Source of the DNA: an uncultured Pirellulales bacterium | GTDB taxonomy: Bacteria > Planctomycetota > Phycisphaerae > Sedimentisphaerales > Anaerobacaceae | Direction of reading: 5' to 3' | DNA length: 64,000 nucleotides | Assembly: GCA_964631175.1 (NCBI GenBank) | Contig: CAZVWH010000001.1 | Span: forward strand, 32,952-96,951 | Shown: in pieces, positions 18,622 through 27,721 of the stretch | Layout: every line of letters begins with the position of its first letter | How positions within the stretch are numbered: position 1 is the stretch's first letter | Notes under the pieces: model-generated | Database searches by the model: none | What the model was told of the DNA's origin: nothing | The model's input: the letters and a program-made list of their open reading frames with translations, nothing else | Position numbers and translations under genes: made by a program

Positions 18622-20271
18622 TTACTTTTTATTATCTTGCTTATTTTTAAACAAGATGCCGAATTTCCCAAGCATTGCTTGACTAAACTGGCCGCCGCTT
18701 GTTACCACGTCCTGCAAAAAACCTACCGTGCCGTCTTTAATATCCTTTATCGGCTCTTTCGTTATTAGTTTATTCGGCGGATCCGACCACTGTCCCTCAA
18801 TGTGCAGGCGAGTAAGCTTGTCTTTGAGGTTGGTAAAAATATCGACGATGGGTATGCGTCTCATCAACGAGTCGAGCTGTTTAAGCGGTATCGCCACAAC
18901 GCGCATATCTATGTGCTCAGTTTGCAGGTTAACTGTTCCGCCGGGCTCAGCTTCTATGGCCGCGAAACGATTAGCAATGTGTGCATTTTTTATCGTTACG
19001 ATTGGCCCGGCCGTGCTGAAGGTTGCCTGAGCATCGGACATTGTAAGTGGATCGTAGCTCGATAATCCTACAGCACCAAATATATTAGGAATTACAGGCA
19101 AAACACTAATATCCGCATCATCAAAGAAGACCAGCCCTTCGCCTTGTTGGTTTTTCCAATCACTACCGCTGGCAGTAAATTTGTAATTGAGCGTGATCGC
19201 GCCCTTTGTTGCCTTTTTTTTCGCAGCTAACACCGAAGTCAATTGCACCAAATCGACATCCATAGCCAAGATTTGGCCGCCGAATTCGGTAGGCTGGCTT
19301 AATCTAAGCTCGGCGTAAAATGAACCGTTTACCCATCCTTTACAGAAATTCGCGGTGAAATTCTCAAAATCCAAGCGTTGGTTATTCAGTTTAATTTGGG
19401 TCGTTACGTTTTGTGCAATTAGATTATTTTTTGTCTCCGCGATCCAATCGTCCAGGTTTATCTTGCCCTTGGCCTTTAGAGCCTTTGGCTCTTTTAGAGG
19501 GCCGGCAATTGTTAAGTCGGCTGATATTTTGCCCTCGGCTGAAATGTTTGGTTGATTCAATACGGCCAAAAGTTCGTTCATTTCAGCTTTGCTGACCGTA
19601 TGTTTCATTTGTAAAGAAAGGTCGGCCTGAAGAGTCTTTGAATTGATTGTGCCCTTAGCTACAAGCAACTCTGAAGCCTGGGGGATTAGACGTTCCAGCA
19701 AGATATCATAAAATCCTTCTCGTTTTGCTACTGATAAATGTATGTTGTCATATCTCACCGCCGAGTCATTGCTATTAGACACCAAAATTGAGGCTTTTTT
19801 GACTATAAGTTTGTGGATGTCCGAATACCCGGAGGATAAATCGCCTGGCTGCTTTGAAAAAAGTAGAAATGGCGTTGTGAATTTGCCGTCTTCTTCAAAA
19901 ATTTGCAGGTTTAAGTTGTCAACTTCGATCCCGGTTATCAGAGGACTCAGGCTCGGCCAATTAGTCAAAGTCGCCTTTACCTTGTCGGCTAACAGCCACT
20001 GGCGTTTTGTCTTGTCGTAAAACCTAATTCTCTCAAGATAAATCTGTCCAGAGCGTTTCACCTCGACGGTGTCAATTTCAACCGTACCTTTGCAAAATTC
20101 CGACAATCTTCGTTCTGCTTCCTGCCGGATTAGACCAGGAACAAGCCAGAGCTTAGCTGCGACAAAAATTACCAACATTACGAGGATAATGCTACCGACT
20201 ATCCAAACCAGCCGTTTTAACCGACCTTTCTTATCGGTAATCACTTTGTCGTCAGCTTTACCAGCAGGCAT
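18622..20271 (-). CDS. AsmA-like membrane-anchored protein
   Basis: N-terminal TM anchor (LVWIVGSIILVMLVIFVAA) followed by a long beta-rich periplasmic region. Weak family call. Confidence 0.4.
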   Translation of the reverse strand: MPAGKADDKVITDKKGRLKRLVWIVGSIILVMLVIFVAAKLWLVPGLIRQEAERRLSEFCKGTVEIDTVEVKRSGQIYLERIRFYDKTKRQWLLADKVKATLTNWPSLSPLITGIEVDNLNLQIFEEDGKFTTPFLLFSKQPGDLSSGYSDIHKLIVKKASILVSNSNDSAVRYDNIHLSVAKREGFYDILLERLIPQASELLVAKGTINSKTLQADLSLQMKHTVSKAEMNELLAVLNQPNISAEGKISADLTIAGPLKEPKALKAKGKINLDDWIAETKNNLIAQNVTTQIKLNNQRLDFENFTANFCKGWVNGSFYAELRLSQPTEFGGQILAMDVDLVQLTSVLAAKKKATKGAITLNYKFTASGSDWKNQQGEGLVFFDDADISVLPVIPNIFGAVGLSSYDPLTMSDAQATFSTAGPIVTIKNAHIANRFAAIEAEPGGTVNLQTEHIDMRVVAIPLKQLDSLMRRIPIVDIFTNLKDKLTRLHIEGQWSDPPNKLITKEPIKDIKDGTVGFLQDVVTSGGQFSQAMLGKFGILFKNKQDNKK

Positions 20272-20407
20272 TGAGACAGCTCCCTCAACTAAAAGTTGCT
20301 TGTGATTTGTTATTGTGTGCCGACATTACAAAAGAAAAACTATATAGCCTTCAACTGCCAATGTCAAAAACAAATTGACATAACTGCAACAGCACTCTAC
20401 TATGTCG

Positions 20408-20497
20408 TTTAGCCGTCGCCGGAATTCATCCTTCGTAGTGCCTACTTCCCTAAGGGACTACGAAGGCTGGAACTACTATGGAGAAGGACGGCGACGA
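20408..20497 (-). repeat. Long REP/MITE-like palindromic element with TTTAG tail
   Basis: TTTAG-CCGTCGCC...CCTTCGTAGT..ACTACGAAGG...GGCGACG nested inverted repeats. Confidence 0.45.
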
Positions 20498-20538
20498 AAT
20501 TTCAGTGTATCCAAAATATTTAGTCGTTATGAAATCAA

Positions 20539-21393
20539 ATGCCCAGTCATAGATTAGCATATATAAAGATAGATAACCTGGAAATCATCGGCTACTCAAT
20601 CGCAGGTGAAGAGACCGTAGTTGCAATCCCGCAGTTGGACGTGTGCTTCGACATCGGAAAGGCCCCGGACCAGATTATATCAATAAATAACATGCTGCTG
20701 ACGCATGGACATATGGACCATGCTGCGGGTTTCGCATATTACCTATCGCAACGGAACTTTTGCGGCATATCTGCCGGTACGATATATGCTCCGCAAAATC
20801 TGCTTGGACCGATGAGAGATATAATCGAGGCCTGGGGCAGATTAGACGGAAATCAAGTGCCGGGCAAACTAATTGGCGTAAAAGCCGGCGATGAACACCA
20901 AATAAAGCCGAATTTGTTCGTTCGGGTATTTCCCACCAGGCACTGTAGCGGCTCTGTCAGCTATAGCGTAATCGAAAAGCGAAAAAAACTTAAACCCGAG
21001 TATGCTCAGCTTGCCGGGGCACAACTCGTCGAGCTAAAAAAACAGGGAATCCAAATTGACTATCCGCTTGAGGTACCGATTGTCACCTATATCGGTGACA
21101 CTCAGTATGCCGATTTTTCACAGTTGGATTACATTGTGGAAAGCAAAATCCTGATCGCCGAGTGCACGTTTTACGAGACAGATCATACCGGAAGGGCTGA
21201 GGCCGGCAAACATATGCACATCAACGAATTTGCACAGCTAATTGAAAAGCTGCAAAACGAGCACATCATCATCACTCATACAACACAGCGCACACCGATG
21301 CGAGAGATTCGTAAAATACTAAAGGAGTCTCTGTCACCGGAGAAATACGGCCGAACGACCCTGCTGATGGACAACAGACCGAACCTATGGTAA
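20539..21393 (+). CDS. MBL-fold metallo-hydrolase (RNase Z-like)
   Basis: HxHxDH motif LTHGHMDHAAG; further His/Asp ligands at PTRHCSGS, YIGDT and ITHTT. Confidence 0.85.
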   Translation: MPSHRLAYIKIDNLEIIGYSIAGEETVVAIPQLDVCFDIGKAPDQIISINNMLLTHGHMDHAAGFAYYLSQRNFCGISAGTIYAPQNLLGPMRDIIEAWGRLDGNQVPGKLIGVKAGDEHQIKPNLFVRVFPTRHCSGSVSYSVIEKRKKLKPEYAQLAGAQLVELKKQGIQIDYPLEVPIVTYIGDTQYADFSQLDYIVESKILIAECTFYETDHTGRAEAGKHMHINEFAQLIEKLQNEHIIITHTTQRTPMREIRKILKESLSPEKYGRTTLLMDNRPNLW

Positions 21394-21421
21394 ACTTTCC
21401 CTGCTAAAGCATGGAACCGCA

Positions 21422-21512
21422 GGCTAAACATTTAGAAAAGAACCCCCCAACCTCGCTCCGCTAAAGCGGCTACGCAAAGGCGAGTAAATTGGGAGGCTAA
21501 ATAGTTAGCCCC
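21422..21512. repeat. Cluster of REP-like motifs
   Basis: GGCTAAACATTTAG and GGGAGGCTAAATAGTTAGCCCC are head-to-head CTAAA/TTTAG junctions. Confidence 0.45.
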
Positions 21513-21606
21513 ACTCGTCAGGGCGGCTCGCTCCGTCGGAGGCCTACGCCGAGCCTGAGAGCCTGCCGGAGCACGGCGTTTCACGTGGATTTTTACCTCA
21601 AATCAG

Positions 21607-21635
21607 TTGACTTTTTCACTGAAGCTGTTTATTCT
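21607..21635 (+). promoter_or_regulatory. Sigma70-like promoter module upstream of GH5
   Basis: TTGACT-N17-TATTCT, embedded in a ~47-bp block that recurs upstream of the PLD gene. Confidence 0.45.
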
Positions 21636-21690
21636 TCAACGGTGGCAAAATGCTGGAAGGACCTGAATTGATAAGATAATTGGAGGCTAT

Positions 21691-22779
21691 ATGAAAAATA
21701 TCATTACACTCTCAATTCTTTGCCTGATGTTTATAATGATTTCAAATAATCCACTGCTTGCCTCACAACATGACCAAAGCACTCCAAAAGAATGGTGGTA
21801 TATACCGTACCCGGATACTTTTGATGCCAGTCAGATTAGTAAACCGCTGGATTTTATACACGTCGAAGGAAATAAGTTTGTCGATGAAAAAGGTAAGAGC
21901 ATACTTTTTAGAGGAGTTAATATTTCCGACCCGGACAAAATCCAGAAAAACGGCCGTTGGACCAAGAAACATTTTGAAGTAATAAAACAATGGGGTGCGA
22001 ATATCGTTAGAGTGCCGGTGCATCCTATGGCCTGGCGGCAGCGCGGCAAAGAAGAATACTTTAAGCTATTAGACCAGGCTGTTACCTGGGCCTCTGAGCT
22101 TGAGCTGTACTTAATTATCGAGTGGCACTCCATCGGGAATCTAAAAACAGGTCTTTTTCAACATCCAATGTATGACACCACCAAACAGCAGACCCTTAAT
22201 TTCTGGAGGAGCGTTGCTTATCGTTATAAAAATGTTCCGACTATTGCCTTCTATGAAATTTTTAATGAGCCTACAACCTACAATGGACAGTTGGGACGCA
22301 TGACCTGGCCGGAATGGAAAAAAATCAACGAAGAAATCATTCAAATCATTTTTGCCCACGATAAAAAGGTTATTCCGTTAGCTGCCGGTTTTAACTGGGG
22401 CTATGATATTAAACCCGTTAAAGCTGATCCGATTGAAATAGAAGGAATCGGATATGTTTCTCATCCATACCCGCAAAAAACTACAGAGCCGTTTGAAAAG
22501 AACTGGGAGAGGGACTTTGGCTTCGTAGCCGATAAATATCCTTTATTCGCCACAGAGTTTGGATTTATGTCCGCCGATGATCCAGGAGCACATGTCCCTG
22601 TGATTAGTGATGAAGAATACGGCAAAACAATAATTAAGTATTTTAAGAAAAAGGGTATATCATGGACGGCTTGGTGCTTCGATCCCGATTGGCCGCCGCA
22701 ATTGATTTCAGACTGGAATTACACCCCCACAAAGCAAGGCGCATTCTTCAAAAATGTTATGCTGAATTGGGAGAAGTAA
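21691..22779 (+). CDS. Glycoside hydrolase family 5 (cellulase/mannanase-like), secreted
   Basis: Signal peptide, FRGVNI, GANIVRVPV, IIEWHS, acid/base FYEIFNEP, nucleophile LFATEFG. Confidence 0.9.
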   Translation: MKNIITLSILCLMFIMISNNPLLASQHDQSTPKEWWYIPYPDTFDASQISKPLDFIHVEGNKFVDEKGKSILFRGVNISDPDKIQKNGRWTKKHFEVIKQWGANIVRVPVHPMAWRQRGKEEYFKLLDQAVTWASELELYLIIEWHSIGNLKTGLFQHPMYDTTKQQTLNFWRSVAYRYKNVPTIAFYEIFNEPTTYNGQLGRMTWPEWKKINEEIIQIIFAHDKKVIPLAAGFNWGYDIKPVKADPIEIEGIGYVSHPYPQKTTEPFEKNWERDFGFVADKYPLFATEFGFMSADDPGAHVPVISDEEYGKTIIKYFKKKGISWTAWCFDPDWPPQLISDWNYTPTKQGAFFKNVMLNWEK

Positions 22780-22927
22780 CCGGGGGCTTGAACCCTCAGT
22801 GACCACACTAATGTAGTCTGTGCTCTGCATAAGCTTTTTGATAAATCCAAATGTTCTGTGCGCCGCACCTCCGGCACATTAAATCAGAAATTATTTGGTC
22901 TTAACGACCAATCGCAAGAAAAAAGCT

Positions 22928-22959
22928 CATACGTAAAGCGCGTACGCGCTTTACGTATG
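22928..22959. repeat. 32-bp perfect palindrome
   Basis: CATACGTAAAGCGCGTACGCGCTTTACGTATG, between GH5 and the PLD promoter module. Confidence 0.8.
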
Positions 22960-23074
22960 TCGTATATGATATGTGAATGCGGAAAAATGATTTATACCAA
23001 TCAATAAGAATCATAAAAATTAAATGCACCAAGCAATAAAGCTCGAGAAAACGTTTAATTTTGCTCCAAATCAA

Positions 23075-23103
23075 TTGACTTTTTCGCTGGTGCAGTTTAT
23101 TCT
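23075..23103 (+). promoter_or_regulatory. Second copy of the same promoter module, upstream of the PLD gene
   Basis: CAAATCAATTGACTTTTTCGCTGGTGCAGTTTATTCTTCA versus CAAATCAGTTGACTTTTTCACTGAAGCTGTTTATTCTTCA at 21599. Confidence 0.45.
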
Positions 23104-23216
23104 TCAGTGCTGGTGAGATAATCCTAGTCAATCTGTAGATCGGCGAGTAATACAGTAAGCACTTTGTAATCCATTAAAAAGTTAGGATATTATACAGATA
23201 AATAGAGAGGAAAAAT

Positions 23217-24671
23217 ATGCCTATCCCATCAGCATCACAAGCTCCATGTTATCCTCAAAGAGAAGGTAATATTGCAATCCCGTATATAGATGGCCAAGAG
23301 GCTATGAGGCACATTTTTAATGCGATATTGAAAGCCCAAGCTAAAGTGTGGCTAACGATGTGCTACGTTGATATTGATTTTATAATTCCATCATTTGATA
23401 ATAAAATAATAAAGATTGTCTCAGAGGTCAGCCAAAAGGAAAACATGGATTTCAAAGTTCTAGCCTGGCGAAGTAAAGCAATAAGAGGTGATTTTGAAGG
23501 GACAAAAGAGGATTTCGAGAGATTAAAGGGGCTTAATTGTAAAGCCAAATTCAGATGGGATTATAATAAACTTGGTTGTCATCATCAGAAGATTTTTATT
23601 ATAGATGACAAAATTGCATTTGTTGGTGGCATTAACATGGATAAAACTCATATTGATACAAGTGCTCACGATAGAAAGGAACCGCATCCTACACATGACC
23701 TTTTTTGTGAGATTAGAGGACCTGTAGTAAGAGATGTAATTCATAATTTTGTACAAAGATGGGATAAAGCAACTGAAAAAAATAAGAAATATGGCTCATT
23801 CCCACAGGATATCAAGCCAGCTGACCTTCCGTACCCTCCAGAACAGCCACCTCAAGAAAACGAAGGTAATATTAAGATTCAAGTTACAAGAACAATTCCC
23901 AGTAATATATATCCAAATATAAGTGATGGTGAATATAGCATCCGAGAGAGCTACTTAAACGCCATCAATAATGCAAAAAGGTATATTTATCTTGAAAATC
24001 AATACTTTTTTGACAAAGTATCCCACCACTCAATAATAAGAGCATTGATTTATGCCGCATATAGAGGAGTTAAGATTTTTATCATTCTCCCCGGTAATCC
24101 TGATTTCACAAAACTATTTTCCAAAGAATTTTTAATAGAAGTCAAGAATCATCCCAATATTTATGTGTATACTCTTGCAACATCATACAAAGATAATGGA
24201 GAAAACAAGGAAATATATAGTTACAATGATATCTATGTACATGCCAAATTATTCATTGTTGATGATGAATGGTATTCTATCGGCTCAGCAAATATTAGTT
24301 ACCAAAGTTTAAGAACCGATTCAGAAATAAACGTTGCTGTTTGGGATCGCAATGGTGCTAAAAAATTGAGACAAGACTTATGGAAGGAGCATCTTGAATA
24401 TTCTAATAATAAAATACAATACAACCAAGAAGTGATTATTGACAACAAAATTGAAGATGCATTCGAACAGTGGCGGTTTTTTGCAAGAGCTAATAGATAC
24501 AATCGTATGACAAAGGCAAGAGCAGAAAATCGATTGATGCCTTTAGATATAAAGAAATACACTTTATTCAAAAAAGGGGTTGGATATTTAAAAGATATAT
24601 GTGAGAAACCAAAAAAGCGGCTCTCCGGCTTACTTGGGAGTTTAATAGAGATAATTAGAGAACATACTTAA
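23217..24671 (+). CDS. Phospholipase D / cardiolipin synthase-like protein (two HKD motifs)
   Basis: HHQKIFIIDDKIAFVGGINM and VHAKLFIVDDEWYSIGSANI. The gene is visibly more AT-rich than its neighbours. Confidence 0.9.
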   Translation: MPIPSASQAPCYPQREGNIAIPYIDGQEAMRHIFNAILKAQAKVWLTMCYVDIDFIIPSFDNKIIKIVSEVSQKENMDFKVLAWRSKAIRGDFEGTKEDFERLKGLNCKAKFRWDYNKLGCHHQKIFIIDDKIAFVGGINMDKTHIDTSAHDRKEPHPTHDLFCEIRGPVVRDVIHNFVQRWDKATEKNKKYGSFPQDIKPADLPYPPEQPPQENEGNIKIQVTRTIPSNIYPNISDGEYSIRESYLNAINNAKRYIYLENQYFFDKVSHHSIIRALIYAAYRGVKIFIILPGNPDFTKLFSKEFLIEVKNHPNIYVYTLATSYKDNGENKEIYSYNDIYVHAKLFIVDDEWYSIGSANISYQSLRTDSEINVAVWDRNGAKKLRQDLWKEHLEYSNNKIQYNQEVIIDNKIEDAFEQWRFFARANRYNRMTKARAENRLMPLDIKKYTLFKKGVGYLKDICEKPKKRLSGLLGSLIEIIREHT

Positions 24672-24831
24672 TCCCGCATTAACAAATAAGAACGGAATTT
24701 CTCTCAATATCCTTCTTGATTCATTATCTTTAATTAGGTTAGTATTTAGAACAACAATTAGGAGGAGAACTCAAGAGAATATGTCACGGATGGCTTTGCT
24801 TCATAAAATCCTGATTGCTTTGTAGGAGGAT

Positions 24832-24935
24832 GTCATTTCGACCGAAGTGAGCGCAGCAAACGCAGCGGAGAAATCTATTCAAAACAGATTTCTCGACTTC
24901 ATCCCGATTCTGATCGGGACTCCGCTCGAAATGAC
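24832..24935. repeat. GTCATTTCGA...TCGAAATGAC palindromic element (variant)
   Basis: Terminal inverted repeats. Internal GAGAAATCT/AGATTTCTC and TCCCGAT/ATCGGGA hairpins. Confidence 0.7.
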
Positions 24936-24946
24936 CCCCGCCTGGA

Positions 24947-25882
24947 TTACATCGCAGGCCGAGAGTCCGTCAGGCAAAGCTCAACAAGCTCATCTATTAC
25001 CGCTGTGCCGGCGCACATTACCTTGTCGGCTCCGCCCCAATATAATTTCAACGTCCCATCATCCTCCGGGACCGCACCGCATGTAAAGACAACATTGTGC
25101 ACGTAGCCGACAACTTCCCACGGGTCCTCCGGCTGCAAAATCCATCTGTCACTAACGCCGAGTATCACAGCGGGATTATCGAGCTTATGCAATGCGACGC
25201 CAAGCCGATATATATGGCCGTCCATTGTGGGAAAAACGCCGTGATAAATATTCAGCCAGCCTTTGTCGGTGCGAATCGGCGGAGCGCCGGGACCGATCTT
25301 CATCTCGTCCCAATGGTACGGCACGGGTTTTAACACGACGCGTGAGTCGCCCCAGTGACGCAGGTCCGGCGAGTAACTTATCCAGATCGACCAGGGACTG
25401 ATGTCGGAATGAGGTCTATCCAGCTTGACATATCTGCCACCAATCTTTTCAGGGAAAAGAACCGTATTGCGATAATCAGCCTGGGTAATAAAGGCAACCC
25501 TTTCGACCGATTCAAAATCCATAGTCTTAGCCAAGCCGATGCGGACGCCATACCTGGAGTACGCACTATAAGTGATATAATAAACTCCTTCCAAAGGTGT
25601 AATCCGCGGGTCTTCAACGCCAAACTCTTCATATTCACAAAATATCGGCTCTTTACTCGGCATAATAAAAGGTTCAGGCCTCGCCTTGAATTTGAAGCCG
25701 TCGTCGCTTTCAGCTAAGCCGATTAGGGACCTTCCGGTATCGAGGTGCGAACGAAACAGCATTATGTATCTGTCATTAAATTTCGTAACGCCGGCGTTGT
25801 GAACCGTCTGCACCGGATACGGAATATCATCCTTTGTCAGGATAGGATTGTTTGTGTATCTTTTTACAATTTCTTTTCTCAT
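24947..25882 (-). CDS. Glycoside hydrolase family 130 (beta-mannoside phosphorylase/hydrolase-like)
   Basis: NPILTKDDIP..VHNAGV..RYIMLFR, GVEDPRIT..YYITYSAYS, RNTVLFPEKIGGRY, GPGAPPIRTDKGWLNIYHGV. Confidence 0.85.
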   Translation of the reverse strand: MRKEIVKRYTNNPILTKDDIPYPVQTVHNAGVTKFNDRYIMLFRSHLDTGRSLIGLAESDDGFKFKARPEPFIMPSKEPIFCEYEEFGVEDPRITPLEGVYYITYSAYSRYGVRIGLAKTMDFESVERVAFITQADYRNTVLFPEKIGGRYVKLDRPHSDISPWSIWISYSPDLRHWGDSRVVLKPVPYHWDEMKIGPGAPPIRTDKGWLNIYHGVFPTMDGHIYRLGVALHKLDNPAVILGVSDRWILQPEDPWEVVGYVHNVVFTCGAVPEDDGTLKLYWGGADKVMCAGTAVIDELVELCLTDSRPAM

Positions 25883-25891
25883 TTGTTTTTT

Positions 25892-26033
25892 CGTAAGCGT
25901 TCACGGGAAAACCGCATTTTTGTCATTGCGAGCGAAGCGAAGCAATCTAAAATCGTACGTTTTTGAGATTGCTTCGGCCTAAAGGCCTCGCAATGACACA
26001 AAAACGCCTTATTTTCTGTGTGAACGGTTACGT
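25892..26033. repeat. Compound palindromic element with core GTCATTGCGAG..CTCGCAATGAC (25922-25997)
   Basis: Outer inverted repeat CGTAAGCGTTCAC..GTGAACGGTTACG. The core shares AGCAATCT/AGATTGCT with 15519-15612. Confidence 0.75.
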
Positions 26034-26046
26034 TTTTTCTAAGTAA

Positions 26047-26562
26047 CCCCAGATTCAAGAATCTGGGGCTAAATAAATTTACTTTAACCATGTCTTAAAA
26101 CATAATTTATTCTGATTCTTAAATCTTTTACACTGAAACAATATCTTTTATCATAACCTTTAGTCCATACTTTGCCGTTAAATCCATTTTTTTGCAAGGC
26201 ATAAGTGCTTACACGTTTGTATCGTTGTACTATTTGCGATATTGATTCTGAACAGGATTCGGCAACTATATGAATATGATCACTGCAGACAGTAAAGGCG
26301 CATATTTTCTGATTTATCCTTTTTGATTCGGCAAGAATAATCTCTTTTACTAACCTTTTTTGCGCTTCTTTTAATTTGACAGGCGTTCCATTTAGTTTTT
26401 GTTTATTCGTCAAATATAACTTGTTATCAGGTTGTAATATTCTTCCGTTTTTGACCCAGCCTCTTTCATCTCCCTGAAGCCAACTACCATAGGTTGTCCA
26501 TGTCAACATATATCCAATCATTTATATTTTTCTTTTTTAGCCCCCGATTCTTGAATCGGGGG
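26047..26562 (-). mobile_element. RAYT gene plus its two flanking inverted REP hairpins (REPtron-like unit)
   Basis: Left: CCCCAGATTCAAGAATCTGGGG-CTAAA (26047-26073). Right: TTTAG-CCCCCGATTCTTGAATCGGGGG (26536-26562). Same hairpin in inverted orientation, with a compensatory A:T to C:G change. Confidence 0.65.
26084..26521 (-). CDS. IS200/IS605-type HUH Y1 transposase-like protein, probably a REP-associated tyrosine transposase (RAYT)
   Basis: 145 aa with HUH motif SDHIHIV, then SQIVQRYKRVS..VWTKGYDKRY..INYVLRH (C-terminal Tyr helix). Single gene with no tnpB, flanked by inverted hairpins. Confidence 0.7.
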   Translation of the reverse strand: MIGYMLTWTTYGSWLQGDERGWVKNGRILQPDNKLYLTNKQKLNGTPVKLKEAQKRLVKEIILAESKRINQKICAFTVCSDHIHIVAESCSESISQIVQRYKRVSTYALQKNGFNGKVWTKGYDKRYCFSVKDLRIRINYVLRHG

Positions 26563-26609
26563 TTATTGTATGGAGAATTCATTATTTTGGTTGTTTTAAT
26601 TCATGTATT

Positions 26610-27647
26610 TCAGTACTTTCCTTCTCTGCGAAAGATTTCCGCATATACCTTTTCGTATCCTTCGACCATACGGTCGATGGTGAAATTATCTTCCACGCGC
26701 AGGCGGCATTTTTTGCGGTCTATTCTATCAATTTTGCCCACAGCCTCCACCGCCTCATCGACATTATTGACCAAATAGCCGGTTTCCTTATCCGCGATGA
26801 CCTCACGACATGAGCCTAAATCCATCGCAATTACCGGCACGCCCGCGGCCATTGATTCAGCCATCACCAAGCCGAACCGTTCAGGAATTGTGTTAAGGTG
26901 AATGACCACATACGCTTCTTTAAGAAGCGCGTCACGCTGGACGGGATTAACGGGGCCTATATACTGAATCGAGGATTGGTTTAGATAAGGTTTGACAAGC
27001 GTGTCGAAGTAATTTTGGTCCTGAATTATGCCGGCTATTATTAAATCCATACCGCACTTTTTTGCGACTTCAATCGCCAGGTGTGTCCCTTTGTCGTTGT
27101 GTATTCGTCCGTAATGGACGAGCTTGTCTCCAGGCGTCTCCCTAAACGTAAGATTAGAAAGGTCAATACCATTGTAAACAGTCGCCAAATACGGTAGCTC
27201 TTTGTCCCTATCCGAATCGCTGATCGAAACATAGTAAGAATCTTTATGGTCGTGGTAAACCCGCAGTATGTCCGGGTCTGAAAAGCCATGGATTGTGGTC
27301 AGAATCGGCGTTTTTACGAAAGGTAGATAGGTCAATGGCAGATAGTCAAAATTGTTATGAATCAGGTCAAACTCACAAGATCGCTGCATAACCTTGGAAA
27401 TATGCAGACACGTCGAGACCAGCGGGATTTGGGTCTTATCTTCCTCGTAACCTTTTTCAACAAAACCAACAAGCTTTGCGTTAGTGATGGAATCTTTTGT
27501 GGCGAACAGCGTTACATTCTTCCAGCCACGGGCAATCAGACCTTCGGTGATATTGCTCGCCACGGTCTCCCATGCGCCGTAGGCCCGTGGCGGAGTCCGC
27601 CATGCAACCGGCGACAGAATTGCTATGCGTTTGTTTTTAAAGTCCAT
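26610..27647 (-). CDS. Glycosyltransferase family 4 (GT-B fold)
   Basis: ERFGLVMAESMAAGVPVIAMDLGSCREVI (E-x7-E region). N-terminal AILSPVAWRTPP. Confidence 0.85.
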   Translation of the reverse strand: MDFKNKRIAILSPVAWRTPPRAYGAWETVASNITEGLIARGWKNVTLFATKDSITNAKLVGFVEKGYEEDKTQIPLVSTCLHISKVMQRSCEFDLIHNNFDYLPLTYLPFVKTPILTTIHGFSDPDILRVYHDHKDSYYVSISDSDRDKELPYLATVYNGIDLSNLTFRETPGDKLVHYGRIHNDKGTHLAIEVAKKCGMDLIIAGIIQDQNYFDTLVKPYLNQSSIQYIGPVNPVQRDALLKEAYVVIHLNTIPERFGLVMAESMAAGVPVIAMDLGSCREVIADKETGYLVNNVDEAVEAVGKIDRIDRKKCRLRVEDNFTIDRMVEGYEKVYAEIFRREGKY

Positions 27648-27679
27648 CTTTAGTCAGAAATCAGAAATGTAGTCATTCA

Positions 27680-27705
27680 CCGGCACCACAGGTGTGCCGG
27701 CTAAA
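27680..27705 (+). repeat. REP-like hairpin + CTAAA between the GT4 and dehydrogenase genes
   Basis: CCGGCAC-cacag-GTG(T)GCCGG-CTAAA. Confidence 0.55.
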
Positions 27706-27721
27706 CGTCTTTCGTCTTCTG

